From Albugo candida (lineage: Eukaryota), in assembly GCA_040437565.1 (NCBI GenBank), contig JBDOQK010000048.1, forward strand, positions 1 through 64,000: DNA of 64,000 bases, read 5' to 3'. The notes under the pieces are model-generated. The model saw only the letters and a program-made list of their open reading frames with translations, did no database searches and was not told the origin of the DNA. The position numbers and the translations under genes are program-made. Shown here in pieces: positions 63,601 to 64,000 of the stretch (positions are counted from its first letter, which is position 1; each line of letters begins with the position of its first letter).

Positions 63601-64000
63601 GAGCCCCCATGACTCGATCCTGAATTTGGATAAATAAAACTCTTCAGAATGATTTCTTCGTAATAAGTGAAAATTGCTGTTCCAATAGATTCAAGACCAG
63701 CATCTGCTGAGTGCCCATCAAAGAACATTCGCAGTGCTACGTACACGGATCGTACCGCTGTAGATGGAGGACTTGTGCAACTCACAGCGGTGGCATTCAA
63801 AAAGAACGCATCGGAAATTGTTTGTCCAAAGACACACATAAGGCGCGACTCTGAAGTAAACCACTCCCCCCTGAGTATTATAGGAGTTCCGCCTCTTGTT
63901 GGACCGATGTTAGGTTGTACATCCCAAACGGTAGGATTACGTACATATTGATACGTGAGTCGGTTTTGCGCGACGTCTTGTCCATTATACAACACTTCTA
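48695..64000 (-). CDS. Giant (>5000 aa) surface/membrane protein: >=10 IPT/TIG domains, ~100-aa beta repeats, Cys-rich (GCC2/GCC3, ephrin-receptor-like) repeats, multipass TM region; 5' end outside window
   Basis: The 4278-aa ORF joins the 760-aa ORF via a phase-0 intron 51146-51206 (LMG|FAAWIISR). PxxGPxxGGT TIG starts, CPxGxYCP repeats at ~53870-56220, many hydrophobic helices at ~49650-51330. Frame is open at the window edge (EVLYNGQD, the end of another TIG). Confidence 0.9.

Overview
Eukaryotic draft-scaffold window, most likely an oomycete with a compact genome (Albugo-like; inferred from 45-70 nt GT-AG introns, short intergenic spaces, gene set and an Inr/FPR-like motif). It has two compartments. 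About 1-21,500 is a nest of decayed transposons: L1-type LINE copies, a Tc1 DD34E element, two Mutator-type elements with deleted derivatives, TIR/MITE elements and a Copia LTR element with both LTRs, PBS, PPT and TSD. About 21,560-64,000 is gene dense: TEL2, two PH-domain genes, a 2630-aa SAM/GAF-like/IQ protein, GFAT, HIBCH, a p25alpha/EF-like protein, the PP2A scaffold subunit, PDX2, a WD40 protein, and a >5000-aa IPT/TIG + Cys-repeat + multipass membrane protein that runs off the right edge. Best leads: (1) an apparently nested ('matryoshka') domain architecture in the giant surface protein; (2) a GFAT whose catalytic Cys lies behind a 99-aa mitochondrial-like bipartite leader; (3) a transposase intron bounded by a 10-bp direct repeat; (4) divergent start codons only 68 bp apart. 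Many 100-N gaps are flanked by duplicated sequence, treated here as assembly artefact. All family calls come from reading motifs by eye; no searches were run.
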